Shown in pieces: positions 39,037 to 49,404 of a DNA stretch of 64,000 nt. Under the pieces are notes generated by a model. It made no database searches. It was not told the origin of the DNA and saw only the letters and a list, made by a program, of their open reading frames with translations. How positions within the stretch are numbered: the stretch's first letter is position 1; each line of letters starts with the position of its first letter. The stretch is from Candidatus Cloacimonadales bacterium (lineage in GTDB: Bacteria > Cloacimonadota > Cloacimonadia > Cloacimonadales > JAIOQZ01), in contig OY771587.1 of NCBI GenBank assembly GCA_963674825.1, positions 1,696,001-1,760,000 of the forward strand, written 5' to 3'. The translations under genes and the position numbers were made by a program.

Positions 39037-39184
39037 TCTAACACCTCACGCCATTGTTTACGTAGTAAATATGGGGATGTCAAGAAAGAATTGTGTTCAT
39101 CAGCTTTTCAACGTTATTCGTACGGCTTTTGTTCGATTCTGAACGTAGGAAGGTCAAAAATACCAGGATAACGCTCTTGACAGA

Positions 39185-39200
39185 TGGCATACATATTGCA
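39185..39200 (+). promoter_or_regulatory. Sigma54 -24/-12 promoter
   Basis: TGGCAT-ACATA-TTGCA (GG-N10-GC), 36 nt before the permease ATG. Confidence 0.7.
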
Positions 39201-39236
39201 TTCTTATAACCGTTTAAATTTCTCGCTGGAGGTCGG

Positions 39237-41603
39237 ATGTTCCGAAACTTCTTCATCATTGCTATCAGGAATATCTTTCGTAACAAGCTTCATTCTGCGA
39301 TCAGCATCCTGGGGCTCGCGATCAGCTTCGCGGTCACGATTTTGATTACCTTCTGGGTGCAGCACGAGTATTCGTACGACCAATTCCATGAGCATATAGA
39401 CGATATCTACATGGTTTCTTCGTATGTCTATTATGGTCCGCAGAAGAGCTTTAGCCTCGGCTCGCCGCCTGCGCTTGGTCCGGCGATCGAATCCGAATAT
39501 CCGCAGATTCTGCATACCGGCAGAATCAGTACAGGCAGCCATCGTGTGCTGATACAGGCCGGTGATAAGGCGTTCAAAGAAGTGCTTGATATGATCGATC
39601 CGTCGATCTTCGATATCTTCTCTTTTCCGTTCATAGAAGGTGATTTCAAGGCGGGGGAGACCAATACCCATGTAGTGGTGATGTCGGAAACCACAGCGAA
39701 AAAGCTATTCGGTGACGAGAATCCGATAGGCAGAAATATCATGGTGGATGAGCATTACAGCTTTGAAGTGGTCGGCGTTTTCAAGGACATCCCTACGAAT
39801 TCGCATGAAAGCTTCAGGATTGCGGCTCCGCTCAAATTCATCGATGAATACTACGACCTGGAGAATTACACGGATACCTGGTACAATTGCAGCTTCCGAA
39901 CCTACGCGTTACTGAAAAGCGGAACCGATATCGCCCGGCTCGACAGCATGCTCGCCGGACGCTGCCGGAGGTCGTATCCTGAGAGCGATCTCGAACCAAC
40001 GCTTTATCCGTACAAGGACATCCATATGGTATTGTACGGATACACACGCTATGCAATGGTCTTCATCTATATCTGCATCTTCATCATCCTGATAGCTGCG
40101 ATCAATTTCACGAACCTTTCCACCGCTGCAGCGCTGAAACGCTCCCGAGAGATCGGTATCCGCAAGGTACATGGAAGCAGCCGGAAACTTCTCGTGACGC
40201 AGTTCATGGGTGAATCGATTCTGATTGCCTTTATCGCGCTGCTTATCAGCTTGCTGATGGTGGAGCTATCGCTACCGATTTTCAACGGCCTGACGGGCGA
40301 GTCGTTCTCGTTCAGCGGTTTTTTCTCGTTCAAGTTAGGTGCTATAATATTCGGTGTTATGTTGCTTTCCGGCCTTCTTGCTGGAATATATCCATCGTTT
40401 CTATTATCCAGCTTCAATCCCGTTCAGGTGCTGAACAATCCCGATTTCAAAATTGGCGGGAAGTCGATGCTGCGTAAGCTGCTGGTGATTATCCAGTATG
40501 TCATCAGCTCGATCCTGTTTATTTGCCTGATTATCCTCATGCAGCAGACTCGCTTTATGATTCGTAAAAATCTTGGTTTCGACAAAGAAAACCTGATCTG
40601 TGTGTCGGTGGAGGGAAACCTCGTTGAGCATGCCGATGCCTGGAAAGATGAGCTGCTGGCATCGCCGAATATTGTGGATGCAACCCTGACATCGCATCTA
40701 CCGACGGGCGTTTGGGCAAACAGCACCGGTTGGGACTGGGAAGGTCGTCAGGAGGATGACGTATTTCTGGTCACATTCCTGAACACCGATTACGATTACC
40801 TGCGAACGATGCATATAAAGCTGCTATCGGGTGATTTCTTCTCAGACGAGAAATACCCCAGGAATCGAGAGTCCGTCGTGATAAACGAGGAATTTGCTCG
40901 CAGAATCGGTGCCGAGAATCCAATCGGGATGATTCTGACCATGGGGAATATGACGGTTCGGGTTATCGGTATCGTGGAGAATTTCAACTACAAGTCGCTG
41001 GAGCACGAATTGGAGCCTTTGATGATCATGTGCTTCGACGACCAGATGATCTTCAAGTTTGCGCCGTACAAGTACCTGACTTTACGTGTTCTGCCGAATA
41101 AGATACCGGAAACGATCGCATATATCGAGAAGGTAACCACGAAACTCAACCCGAGCTATCCGTTCAGCTACGAATTTCTGGATGACAAGCTCCGGAACCT
41201 GTATAGTTCCAGCCAGCGATTCATGAATCTGGTGGGTGTTTTTGCGATTCTGGCGCTGTTCATTTCAAGCCTGGGATTGTTTGGTCTGGCATCCTATATA
41301 ACCGCGCAAAAACGACGTGAGATCAGTATTCGAAAGGTGCTTGGCGCATCGGTGACGAGGCTGAGCATGAGCATGGTGCTGGACTTCTGCAAATGGGTAT
41401 TGATATCAAATCTTTTTGCCTGGCCGATCTCCTTCTACTTGATGCGGCAATTCCTTTCTTCGTATCCGTATCAGGTACATATAACCTTCATGCCCTTCCT
41501 GCTCACGACAGCAGTGACCTTCCTCATCGCGGTACTCACGGTAAGCTGGCACACGCTCGGAGTGGCGTTCTCAACTCCAACCAAGACACTCAAATACGAG
41601 TAA
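39237..41603 (+). CDS. MacB/FtsX-type ABC permease (duplicated domain)
   Basis: RN..R.K.., INF.NL..A...R.REIGIRK..G, REI.IRKVLGAS and L.YE end. Confidence 0.92.
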   Translation: MFRNFFIIAIRNIFRNKLHSAISILGLAISFAVTILITFWVQHEYSYDQFHEHIDDIYMVSSYVYYGPQKSFSLGSPPALGPAIESEYPQILHTGRISTGSHRVLIQAGDKAFKEVLDMIDPSIFDIFSFPFIEGDFKAGETNTHVVVMSETTAKKLFGDENPIGRNIMVDEHYSFEVVGVFKDIPTNSHESFRIAAPLKFIDEYYDLENYTDTWYNCSFRTYALLKSGTDIARLDSMLAGRCRRSYPESDLEPTLYPYKDIHMVLYGYTRYAMVFIYICIFIILIAAINFTNLSTAAALKRSREIGIRKVHGSSRKLLVTQFMGESILIAFIALLISLLMVELSLPIFNGLTGESFSFSGFFSFKLGAIIFGVMLLSGLLAGIYPSFLLSSFNPVQVLNNPDFKIGGKSMLRKLLVIIQYVISSILFICLIILMQQTRFMIRKNLGFDKENLICVSVEGNLVEHADAWKDELLASPNIVDATLTSHLPTGVWANSTGWDWEGRQEDDVFLVTFLNTDYDYLRTMHIKLLSGDFFSDEKYPRNRESVVINEEFARRIGAENPIGMILTMGNMTVRVIGIVENFNYKSLEHELEPLMIMCFDDQMIFKFAPYKYLTLRVLPNKIPETIAYIEKVTTKLNPSYPFSYEFLDDKLRNLYSSSQRFMNLVGVFAILALFISSLGLFGLASYITAQKRREISIRKVLGASVTRLSMSMVLDFCKWVLISNLFAWPISFYLMRQFLSSYPYQVHITFMPFLLTTAVTFLIAVLTVSWHTLGVAFSTPTKTLKYE

Positions 41604-41640
41604 AAGCTAGTCAATCACAACATTCAGAAGTTATGATTCC

Positions 41641-43725
41641 CTACGCCGCCTTCGGGTCGAGATCGACCTGGATGCGCGATTGTAGCGGGATGTGCGTCGG
41701 GATCTCGTTGAAGGAGATTACCGGCAGGGTCGCGATCGCTGGCTCTATAAGCCGTTTCACGTAGCGTCTGATCACCGGAGCCACCATCAGAACCGGCTGT
41801 AATCCGGTACGATTCATCTGCTTCACAGCCTCAGCGAGATCGTCGTACATCGAATTGATGATCATGGGGGGGATGCTTGCCTGACCCGGTTTCTGCTTAT
41901 TGCGCTGCACAACGTCCGTAAAGAGCTGCTCGAGCTGCGGTGAGAGCGTGATACCGTAAACGGTTCCGTCACTTGCGATAAATTTCCGTGCGATAGTGCG
42001 TGCAAGTGCGAAGCGAACGTACTCGGTGAGCGATTCGACATCCTTCACAAATGGAGCGTAGTCCGCGAGTGTCTCCAGGATGGTGATCATGTCGCGGATG
42101 GGAACACCTTCATGAAGCAAGTTCTTCAGCACCTGTTCCACAGCGCCGAGTGAAAGCATGCCCGGAACCAGTTCACCAACCACTGCCGAGTTGTCTTTCT
42201 TCACGTTATCAAGCAACTTCTGGACATCCTGGCGCGTGATAATCTGGTCCGCGCCGGACTTGACGATCTCGGAGATGTGGGTCGCGATCATTGCGGCAGG
42301 TTCGATCACCGTGTAGCCGTGCATCTCGGCGATATCCTTCTTGTCCTCGGAGATCCAGATCGCGGGTAGTCCAAAGGCGGGTTCGCGGGTTTCGATGCCC
42401 TTGATCGGCTTTTCTACAGTGCCGGGATCGAGCGCGAGGAAATGATTTACAAGGCAATCTCCGGAAGCGACCTGTTCGCCGCGGATTTTAATCAGATACT
42501 GGTTTGGCACCAGTGATATGTTGTCGCGAACGCGGATCGGCGGTACGATGATGCCGATCTCCAGTGCGATCTGTTTTCTGAGGCTCGTTATGCGATCCAG
42601 GAGGTCGCCCTTCTGGTTTTCATCCACAAGCGAGATCAAGCTGTAACCGATTTCGAGTTCAAGTGCATCCACCTGAAGGTATTCGCTCATGTCGGGTGGA
42701 CCTTGCGGTTCTTCCACGACTTGCTCAACGATCTTCTCATCTTCCAATGTCTTCTCTTTTATCGACTTCTGCAGGAACCATGCGAAAGCTCCCAAGCCGA
42801 GGCCCATCGGTCCAAAGAGGTACCACGGCATGCCGGGCACGAATCCGAATAGTACGATCACCGCACCGGAAACGAAGAGCGCTTTGGGTTCGTTAAAAAC
42901 CTGCGTGATAAGCTCTTCACCGAGGTTTGATTTTGTTCCGGCACGTGTAACGATGATACCTGTAGCAGACGATATGAGGATCGCGGGGATCTGTGATACC
43001 AGACCGTCACCGACGGTGAGGATGGTATAGGTCTGAAGCGCTTTGACAAGCGGCATCTTGAGCTGAACCATGCCGATGATGATTCCGCCGATGATATTGA
43101 GGAATGTGATTATCAGACCTGCCGTGGCGTCACCTTTAACAAACTTGGCGGCACCGTCCATTGCTCCATAGAAATCGCCGTCACGACGGATATCGTCACG
43201 CATCTTACGTGCTTCGGCTTCGGTGATTACGCCGTTGTTCAAGTCGGCATCGACAGCCATCTGCTTACCGGGCATCGCGTCCAATGTGAAACGTGCTGCA
43301 ACTTCTGCGACACGGCTTGAACCAGCTGTGATCACCTTGAAGTTGATGATGAACAGAATCAGGAAGATGATCAGACCGACGATGTAGTTCCCCCGGATCA
43401 GGAATGATCCGAAGGCGTTGATGATTGCGCCGGCGTCTCCCTCGCCGAGGATCAGACGCGTGGTTGCGACGTTCAGCGAGAGCCTGAACAACGTGATGAC
43501 CAGCAGTAAGCCGGGAAACACGGAGAATTCACTGGGTCTGAGGATGTAGATGGGCGCCAGCAGAATGATGAACGCCATCATGAAGTTCAGAACCAGCAGG
43601 ATATCGATCAGGAGCTTGGGCATCGGCACCATCATGACCAGAAGGATCAAGACGATACCGGAACCGACCATGAAATCGCTCTTGCGAGCGAGGGCATCCT
43701 GAAGCCGGGATTTTGTTTCTAACAT
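41641..43725 (-). CDS. flhA: Flagellar export apparatus protein FlhA
   Basis: RVAEVAARFTLDAMPGKQMA.DADL, FYGAMDGAAKFVKGD, LTVGDGLV.QIP and EPAFGLPA.WI. Confidence 0.95.
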   Translation of the reverse strand: MLETKSRLQDALARKSDFMVGSGIVLILLVMMVPMPKLLIDILLVLNFMMAFIILLAPIYILRPSEFSVFPGLLLVITLFRLSLNVATTRLILGEGDAGAIINAFGSFLIRGNYIVGLIIFLILFIINFKVITAGSSRVAEVAARFTLDAMPGKQMAVDADLNNGVITEAEARKMRDDIRRDGDFYGAMDGAAKFVKGDATAGLIITFLNIIGGIIIGMVQLKMPLVKALQTYTILTVGDGLVSQIPAILISSATGIIVTRAGTKSNLGEELITQVFNEPKALFVSGAVIVLFGFVPGMPWYLFGPMGLGLGAFAWFLQKSIKEKTLEDEKIVEQVVEEPQGPPDMSEYLQVDALELEIGYSLISLVDENQKGDLLDRITSLRKQIALEIGIIVPPIRVRDNISLVPNQYLIKIRGEQVASGDCLVNHFLALDPGTVEKPIKGIETREPAFGLPAIWISEDKKDIAEMHGYTVIEPAAMIATHISEIVKSGADQIITRQDVQKLLDNVKKDNSAVVGELVPGMLSLGAVEQVLKNLLHEGVPIRDMITILETLADYAPFVKDVESLTEYVRFALARTIARKFIASDGTVYGITLSPQLEQLFTDVVQRNKQKPGQASIPPMIINSMYDDLAEAVKQMNRTGLQPVLMVAPVIRRYVKRLIEPAIATLPVISFNEIPTHIPLQSRIQVDLDPKAA

Positions 43726-43726
43726 A

Positions 43727-44794
43727 TCACATAACTCTTCTGTTTTTCAGGTTATAAACATACGCCAGGATTTCCGCCACAGCGCTGTACAGCTCGACAC
43801 TGATCTGCTGACCTATCTCGGTCGTTTTATAGAGCAGGCGAGCCAGAGGCTTGTCTTCGACAATCGGAATATCGTTTTCGCGCGCCAGTTCCTTGATGCG
43901 TTCCGCGATCAGGCGTTTACCCTTCGCGACAACGATCGGCGCGTCGTCCAAATTCATGTCATATCGTATCGCTACAGCCAGGTGAATCGGGTTGGTGATA
44001 ACCACGTCTGCCTTGGGAACATCCTGCATCATGCGCTTGAGCGTCGCAGCGAACATCAGCTGACGAAGCTTGCTTTTCACTTGGGGATCACCTTCCATTT
44101 GCCGTCTTTCGTCTTTCACTTCGGACTTGGACATCTTGAGTTTCTTGACATGAAGGTAGTGGGTGATGGCAAAGTCGGCAATGGCAATGAATACATAGGC
44201 GATCAGGATGTTCAGGAGCAGCTTGATCACCAGGCTACCTACGAACGAAAAAATTTCCTGCACTTCCAGGCCGGGAAGTCCCATGAAGTCACTCAGCCTC
44301 GAGCGAACCGTCATCCAGGCTATCATAAGCAGGATGATCAGCTTGACGATGCTCTTGACAAGTCGCTGAAGAGCTTCCATGGAGAAAATGTTATTCAACG
44401 GATTCTTGATTTTAAAAGCTTGGCTCCAGTTCATTTTGAATGCCTTTGGAGCGAACAACCAGCCAAATTGAACGAACGAACTGGCAAAAGTAGAAACCAA
44501 CAGCACAGCAGCAATAGGCCCGAATACCACCATAAGATACTTGAGCGATTCGATGTAAGTGTTCTGGATGCTCAGGAATGTGATCGGTTGGGCAATATTG
44601 CGGATCTGAATCTCCGTATGTAGAAGGAACTTGGACATCATCCAGCTGCCGAGAATGCTGAAATAGAGCACCATGAGCAGCAGGAAGAACGCAGTGTGTA
44701 CTTCCGGGCTTTGGGCTACGTTACCATCCTTCCGGGCTTTGCTTTTTCGCCGCGGGGTTGGTTTCTCAGTTTTCTCTTGTGCTTCGTCCGCCAT
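43727..44794 (-). CDS. flhB: Flagellar export switch protein FlhB
   Basis: EKTEKPTPRR, KMSK.EVKDE...EGDP.VK, VITNPIH.AVA and LAR.LY motifs. Confidence 0.95.
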   Translation of the reverse strand: MADEAQEKTEKPTPRRKSKARKDGNVAQSPEVHTAFFLLLMVLYFSILGSWMMSKFLLHTEIQIRNIAQPITFLSIQNTYIESLKYLMVVFGPIAAVLLVSTFASSFVQFGWLFAPKAFKMNWSQAFKIKNPLNNIFSMEALQRLVKSIVKLIILLMIAWMTVRSRLSDFMGLPGLEVQEIFSFVGSLVIKLLLNILIAYVFIAIADFAITHYLHVKKLKMSKSEVKDERRQMEGDPQVKSKLRQLMFAATLKRMMQDVPKADVVITNPIHLAVAIRYDMNLDDAPIVVAKGKRLIAERIKELARENDIPIVEDKPLARLLYKTTEIGQQISVELYSAVAEILAYVYNLKNRRVM

Positions 44795-44861
44795 GATAGA
44801 TCCTTACATACGGCCTTTCAGGCCATTACCTCTTCCATGTGGAAGATTATTCAGATGTAAA

Positions 44862-44877
44862 TGCAATTCTCAGACCA
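44862..44877 (-). promoter_or_regulatory. Possible sigma54 promoter for flhB-flhA
   Basis: Minus strand TGGTCT-GAGAA-TTGCA (GG-N10-GC); the -24 box is imperfect. Confidence 0.5.
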
Positions 44878-44890
44878 TTTGCGAGATAGC

Positions 44891-45376
44891 TTATTTGAGG
44901 ATCCGATTGAGGAAATTTCTGGTTTCGGTGATGTTTTTAAAAAGGTACCTGTAATCTTTTGTATTATCGATAGTTATGCGATTAACGCGAAGTGTTCGGT
45001 CAACATTGGTTTCACCCCAGTTATATGCTGCTAACGCTATGCTCCAGTTATTGTTATAGCGCTTCAGAAGGTATCGCATATACATTGCAGAGATTTGAAG
45101 GTTTGCGGGTGGCAACCACAAAAGGAATCGTGGGAAACCCGGAAACATATACCGGGCAGTTTCTTCCTTTATCTGGCCGAGTCCAATTGCGTCTTTGTGA
45201 GAATGTGCCCAGAACAAGAAGGAACTCTCAGCCCCAATCAACCTGTAGAAATTGCCTGGATCGAGCTTGTAGAGCAGTGCAAATCCGAGCGTCATCAGCC
45301 GTGTGGAGATCGGATTGACAATCAATACCACGATCAGCAGGAGTGCCAGGAGAAACTTTACCAGGGGACGTTTCAT
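44891..45376 (-). CDS. Lytic transglycosylase (SLT domain)
   Basis: AESSF, AIGLGQI, ALAAYNWG and ETRNF motifs. Confidence 0.88.
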   Translation of the reverse strand: MKRPLVKFLLALLLIVVLIVNPISTRLMTLGFALLYKLDPGNFYRLIGAESSFLFWAHSHKDAIGLGQIKEETARYMFPGFPRFLLWLPPANLQISAMYMRYLLKRYNNNWSIALAAYNWGETNVDRTLRVNRITIDNTKDYRYLFKNITETRNFLNRILK

Positions 45377-45383
45377 TGGACTG

Positions 45384-46034
45384 TTATTGCTTGCGTTTCA
45401 GGTGTTTCAGGTTCTCTTGGAAGCGAGGGTTGTCGGGTTCGAGAGCCAGCGCTTTTTCAAACCATTCCAACGCCTGGCTTGCCGGCTGCCTCATCAACAG
45501 CATCACCGAGCCGATATTGTTCACTACCGTTGCGTTTTCCGGGTCGATCTCATGAGCTTTCATTAGGTGATCAAGTGCTTCCTGATAGCGTTTTTCCTCG
45601 ACTTCCAGCTGCGCCTTGGCGTAGTACTCGCGGGAGATCACGAAGCGATCCCGTTTAACCGGATCGCGCACCATGTCGAGATAGTTCTTGTAACCCAGAT
45701 AGTCAGGTTGCAGCCTGGTAAGCTGTGCGAAAACCACTTCGGCAGCGTCCCATTTACGCAGCATGGCAAGGCATTCGGCGTATGAAAGCAGTACGATCTC
45801 GTTTTTATCGTATGAGTTATAGACGGTTTCCAAATGCTTCTCGGCCTCTTGGTAGCGGTTCAGTGCTACCAGAGCCAGCGCCAGCAGGAAAAGGTTGCCG
45901 TCAGAGTTGTTTTGCATGACGGCTTTCTCGAAAAGCGTGAGCGCTTTCTTTGCCTGCCCCTTCATCAGGAGCCTGCGACCCCGGGTTTGCCGGTATTTTT
46001 CCAAAAAAGAATTCCACATTTCCAACATAACCAC
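45384..46034 (-). CDS. Tetratricopeptide repeat protein
   Basis: Repeats such as A...FEKA..L.PDN. Confidence 0.82.
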   Translation of the reverse strand: MVMLEMWNSFLEKYRQTRGRRLLMKGQAKKALTLFEKAVMQNNSDGNLFLLALALVALNRYQEAEKHLETVYNSYDKNEIVLLSYAECLAMLRKWDAAEVVFAQLTRLQPDYLGYKNYLDMVRDPVKRDRFVISREYYAKAQLEVEEKRYQEALDHLMKAHEIDPENATVVNNIGSVMLLMRQPASQALEWFEKALALEPDNPRFQENLKHLKRKQ

Positions 46035-46117
46035 ATTTTCGGACTCGCATTTTTTTCGGCAATGTTTTTTATTCAGGTTTTAGAACAGGTTGAGCTATGT
46101 AATATACTGCAACGATT

Positions 46118-46942
46118 CTATTCGTACCAGTCACCCAAATTCCAACCGGTGAAAGATTCGAGCTTCATGATGTCCGGCATCAATTTCTCCAGGAGCTTTT
46201 CCCTGATCTCTGGTGTGACGGTGGGTTTCTTGACGGGTTGGTAGAGATATTGTTGAGGATGTTGCAACACTTCGTCTCGAAGCAGTCTTTGATAGGCTGC
46301 ATTTTGCGCGACGGCTCTGCCTAATGGATTGAGTACCATGCGATCTTTTGACTGGTTATGAGCGAGCTCGAAGTCTTCATGATAGAATGTGTCGTTAACG
46401 CCCACAAAGCGAAACACACGTTGGATCGTGTCGGTTCGTTGCCTGACCAGATTCTTGAAACGGAGTATCAGGATGCGGCTTTCGGGGAAATGCTTCAGAT
46501 ATTGTTCCAACTGCTGGTAATAGCTGCTTACCATGACATACCAGCGCGGAGCTTTCATCACCTCATTGAAGCTTCGTGTCTCACCCATGTGATAAACCTG
46601 CCAGCGATAGTGTGATACGATGCGATCGATGGGATTACGGACCAGGTAAACCAGCTTCACATCCGGTACAATCCGTCTAATTCGCTCCGGTGCGCCTTTA
46701 TATGCGGGGAATTTCGTGTAGTTTGCTGTGGATTCTCCGCGTACTCTGAAGCTGCCATCGAAAAGCCCTTTGTACCAGTTTAGCCCCCTTTTCCAGGTGT
46801 GTCCCTTGCCTTCAAGGAAGAAGCTCGGTTCCTTGGGGGTTGACATGTATATATCGGGATGAAGCTTTAGATATTCATGCAGACTTGTTGTACCGCAGTT
46901 CATTCCTCCAATCGTGATAAAATTGGGTAGAGCGGTGTCCAT
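46118..46942 (-). CDS. Sulfotransferase family protein
   Basis: IGGMNCGTTSL (PSB loop), KEP.FF and RNPIDR..S motifs. Confidence 0.88.
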   Translation of the reverse strand: MDTALPNFITIGGMNCGTTSLHEYLKLHPDIYMSTPKEPSFFLEGKGHTWKRGLNWYKGLFDGSFRVRGESTANYTKFPAYKGAPERIRRIVPDVKLVYLVRNPIDRIVSHYRWQVYHMGETRSFNEVMKAPRWYVMVSSYYQQLEQYLKHFPESRILILRFKNLVRQRTDTIQRVFRFVGVNDTFYHEDFELAHNQSKDRMVLNPLGRAVAQNAAYQRLLRDEVLQHPQQYLYQPVKKPTVTPEIREKLLEKLMPDIMKLESFTGWNLGDWYE

Positions 46943-47234
46943 AATAACTCCTTATTGCTTATGCAATAATAGTATCGGTGTTTATTAACTGAGCATAAGT
47001 CATAAATTTCTGTCGCCTCCGAGAATTGCATCAATCGACTTTATATCTGCATATAATGGGTGAATCTATGTTGTGAAATTACTGAGAGATAATTTTTTTC
47101 TTTACATTAATTTGATAATTGTTGTATTTTATCTTTGATTAAACATTCATGCAAGATAGGCGTGAGGGCAGGCAATTAAAAACGAAACAAAGCGAACTGA
47201 CAGGCTGTGCTTTGCGCATTTGCGAGGAGAGGCT

Positions 47235-49394
47235 ATGAAAAGTGGACTGCATTTCATCGTATTGATCACAATCTTGCTGATGGTGTTCAGTTGTTCACGA
47301 ACCCCAACCGGTACCAGCCAGAACAACGAATTCCGCATCTTGCCATTCACTGGTGTGAGAATCGAGAATGGCAGTGAGTTCGACTATGTTCTTACCGCGC
47401 GTTGGCTCACGCGAGAAGAAGATGATCAGGTCGCCGTACGCGTACGAACCACAGACGGTGTACAGCCTGAAGGAATCGAAACGGACGCAGACGGGTGGAT
47501 ATTGTTCGGCGAATCGATCTGGACCGCCGAGAAGGCAATCAACTTCACATTTACCTCCAGCGAGGGCACGCTGGATCACATCATTCTTGAAATCGACGTC
47601 CAGAATGAGGATGGTAGCATCCTGACGCGCAGTATCTTCGACGACCGTTTGCTGGGAACCAACCTTTTCTGCGAACAGGGTGACATCGACGGTATGGATA
47701 CCGGTACCGCGCTCGATCTGATTCTATCCGAGCAGACTGACATCTTTGTCGATGGTATGTATGCGCATCACTTCATGTACAGGCTGATCAAGCTCGACGA
47801 AAATGGCGAAGAGATATCCGCATCCGACTGGTATAGCACCCTCTACTGCACAGACATTCGAAGAATCAGTTTGACCAGCGAGACTGAGCCGGCTCTTTCA
47901 CCGGACGGTGAAGGCTGCTCGACCAGAATCGAAGCCTATGTCGTAACTCGCAACGGTATCAGCGACGAAGCCAATCCGGCATCGCTGGAGTTTCATGTCA
48001 TAGAGGGGATGCACCCGGCAACATTGATCTACAGTTATATGACGTTCGCTCTCGGTGAAAATCATTTCTCGCGCCTGGAAGATAACATGCTGTTCAATCC
48101 ATCGATTGACTATCCGGTTGAAATGACGGAAGATGGCTACAACTACGCAATGCACTTCTTCATTGATTCAAATGGTGAATATGGAGCTCTGTGGAGCGAG
48201 GATTTCAAGCTCTATCTGAATGTCGGCTACGCCGGTGAATACTACTGCAACAATCCATCGGCCGAATACATGGGCGAGGTATACAACGAAGAAACCGGGC
48301 TGAACTACTTCGCCTCGATCGAATACTATGACATCTCGATCAATGGGGAAGACCTGACGCAATACGGCATCGAGGCTCCCATTGTAACGGACGATGGCGT
48401 AAGCTATTCGCGTATTTCATACGATCCCTCGCTGGATTTCGATGTTATCCTGCAAAATCTACCGGCTTCGGTGCAGGGATCACCACATCAGTTGATTGTT
48501 CGCGCGATCGATAATCAGGGCAATGTCGATCCAACACCGGCGATTCTCCTGTTCAACCTGTTCGAGCCTGTTCCTCACGAAGATAAAACGGGTGTCGTCG
48601 TGATCGATGATGATATCGATAATACCTTCTCGCCGGATGATTCCGTCGATCCGCTCTACACCAATGGATTCCTGCAGGCGGACCTGGAGCTTGACTACAA
48701 TGACCTGAAAAACTCGGTGTGGGACAGCCAGTTGAATTACTCTCGGACGGTTCTATCCGCGACGGATCTTCAGCATTACAAATTCATGGTGTGGCATGTC
48801 GATAATCCGCCAAGAAGTGTGAAATACAATCTTGCTTTGGAAATCGACAACCTGAATCTCATTATGCCGCAGAAGACCAACCTGCTCCTGAGCGGAGGTG
48901 CGAATCTTTGGAATGCATATTCCAGGTCCTGCCAGAGTGATTTTCATATCTTCGATCGCTGGCTGGGATTGCAGGAGACATCGGACGAAGCGGCAGTTGG
49001 GTACATGGCTGGTTCAGCGATAGAGTTTCCGTGGTTTATCGGCGCTGAGTCTCAGGTTGACGAGTATCCGGATATCGATTTCGATCCCGAACAGCTTTGG
49101 GGATATCTGCCGAGCTTGTTTGTACCTCGCGGTGGAATGGGCAGTATCGCTTACTTCCCGGAGGATTATCATACGGATGGGGCTGAAGTCATCTACCGGT
49201 TTATCTGCAAGGAACCCGGAACGGACAACTATTCGCCCAGCCAGGAAGAATACGATCTGCTGAACGGTCAGCCGGTTGCGCTGCGAGTAGTTCACGATGG
49301 CTTCACGACCTGGATGTTTGGCTTCCCGCTGAGCTGGATGCCACAGGATACGGTAACTCAGCTGCTTGATCAGATCCAGCTGGAATTACAATGA
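47235..49394 (+). CDS. Large acidic lipoprotein, unknown function
   Basis: Lipobox VFSC; VRAID.QGNVDPTPA Ig-like motif. Confidence 0.75.
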   Translation: MKSGLHFIVLITILLMVFSCSRTPTGTSQNNEFRILPFTGVRIENGSEFDYVLTARWLTREEDDQVAVRVRTTDGVQPEGIETDADGWILFGESIWTAEKAINFTFTSSEGTLDHIILEIDVQNEDGSILTRSIFDDRLLGTNLFCEQGDIDGMDTGTALDLILSEQTDIFVDGMYAHHFMYRLIKLDENGEEISASDWYSTLYCTDIRRISLTSETEPALSPDGEGCSTRIEAYVVTRNGISDEANPASLEFHVIEGMHPATLIYSYMTFALGENHFSRLEDNMLFNPSIDYPVEMTEDGYNYAMHFFIDSNGEYGALWSEDFKLYLNVGYAGEYYCNNPSAEYMGEVYNEETGLNYFASIEYYDISINGEDLTQYGIEAPIVTDDGVSYSRISYDPSLDFDVILQNLPASVQGSPHQLIVRAIDNQGNVDPTPAILLFNLFEPVPHEDKTGVVVIDDDIDNTFSPDDSVDPLYTNGFLQADLELDYNDLKNSVWDSQLNYSRTVLSATDLQHYKFMVWHVDNPPRSVKYNLALEIDNLNLIMPQKTNLLLSGGANLWNAYSRSCQSDFHIFDRWLGLQETSDEAAVGYMAGSAIEFPWFIGAESQVDEYPDIDFDPEQLWGYLPSLFVPRGGMGSIAYFPEDYHTDGAEVIYRFICKEPGTDNYSPSQEEYDLLNGQPVALRVVHDGFTTWMFGFPLSWMPQDTVTQLLDQIQLELQ

Positions 49395-49404
49395 GGAGGG
49401 GATT

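Noticed and set aside
46943..47220. AT-rich spacer as oriC
   Set aside because: No TTATCCACA DnaA boxes seen and no dnaA nearby; more likely divergent promoters.
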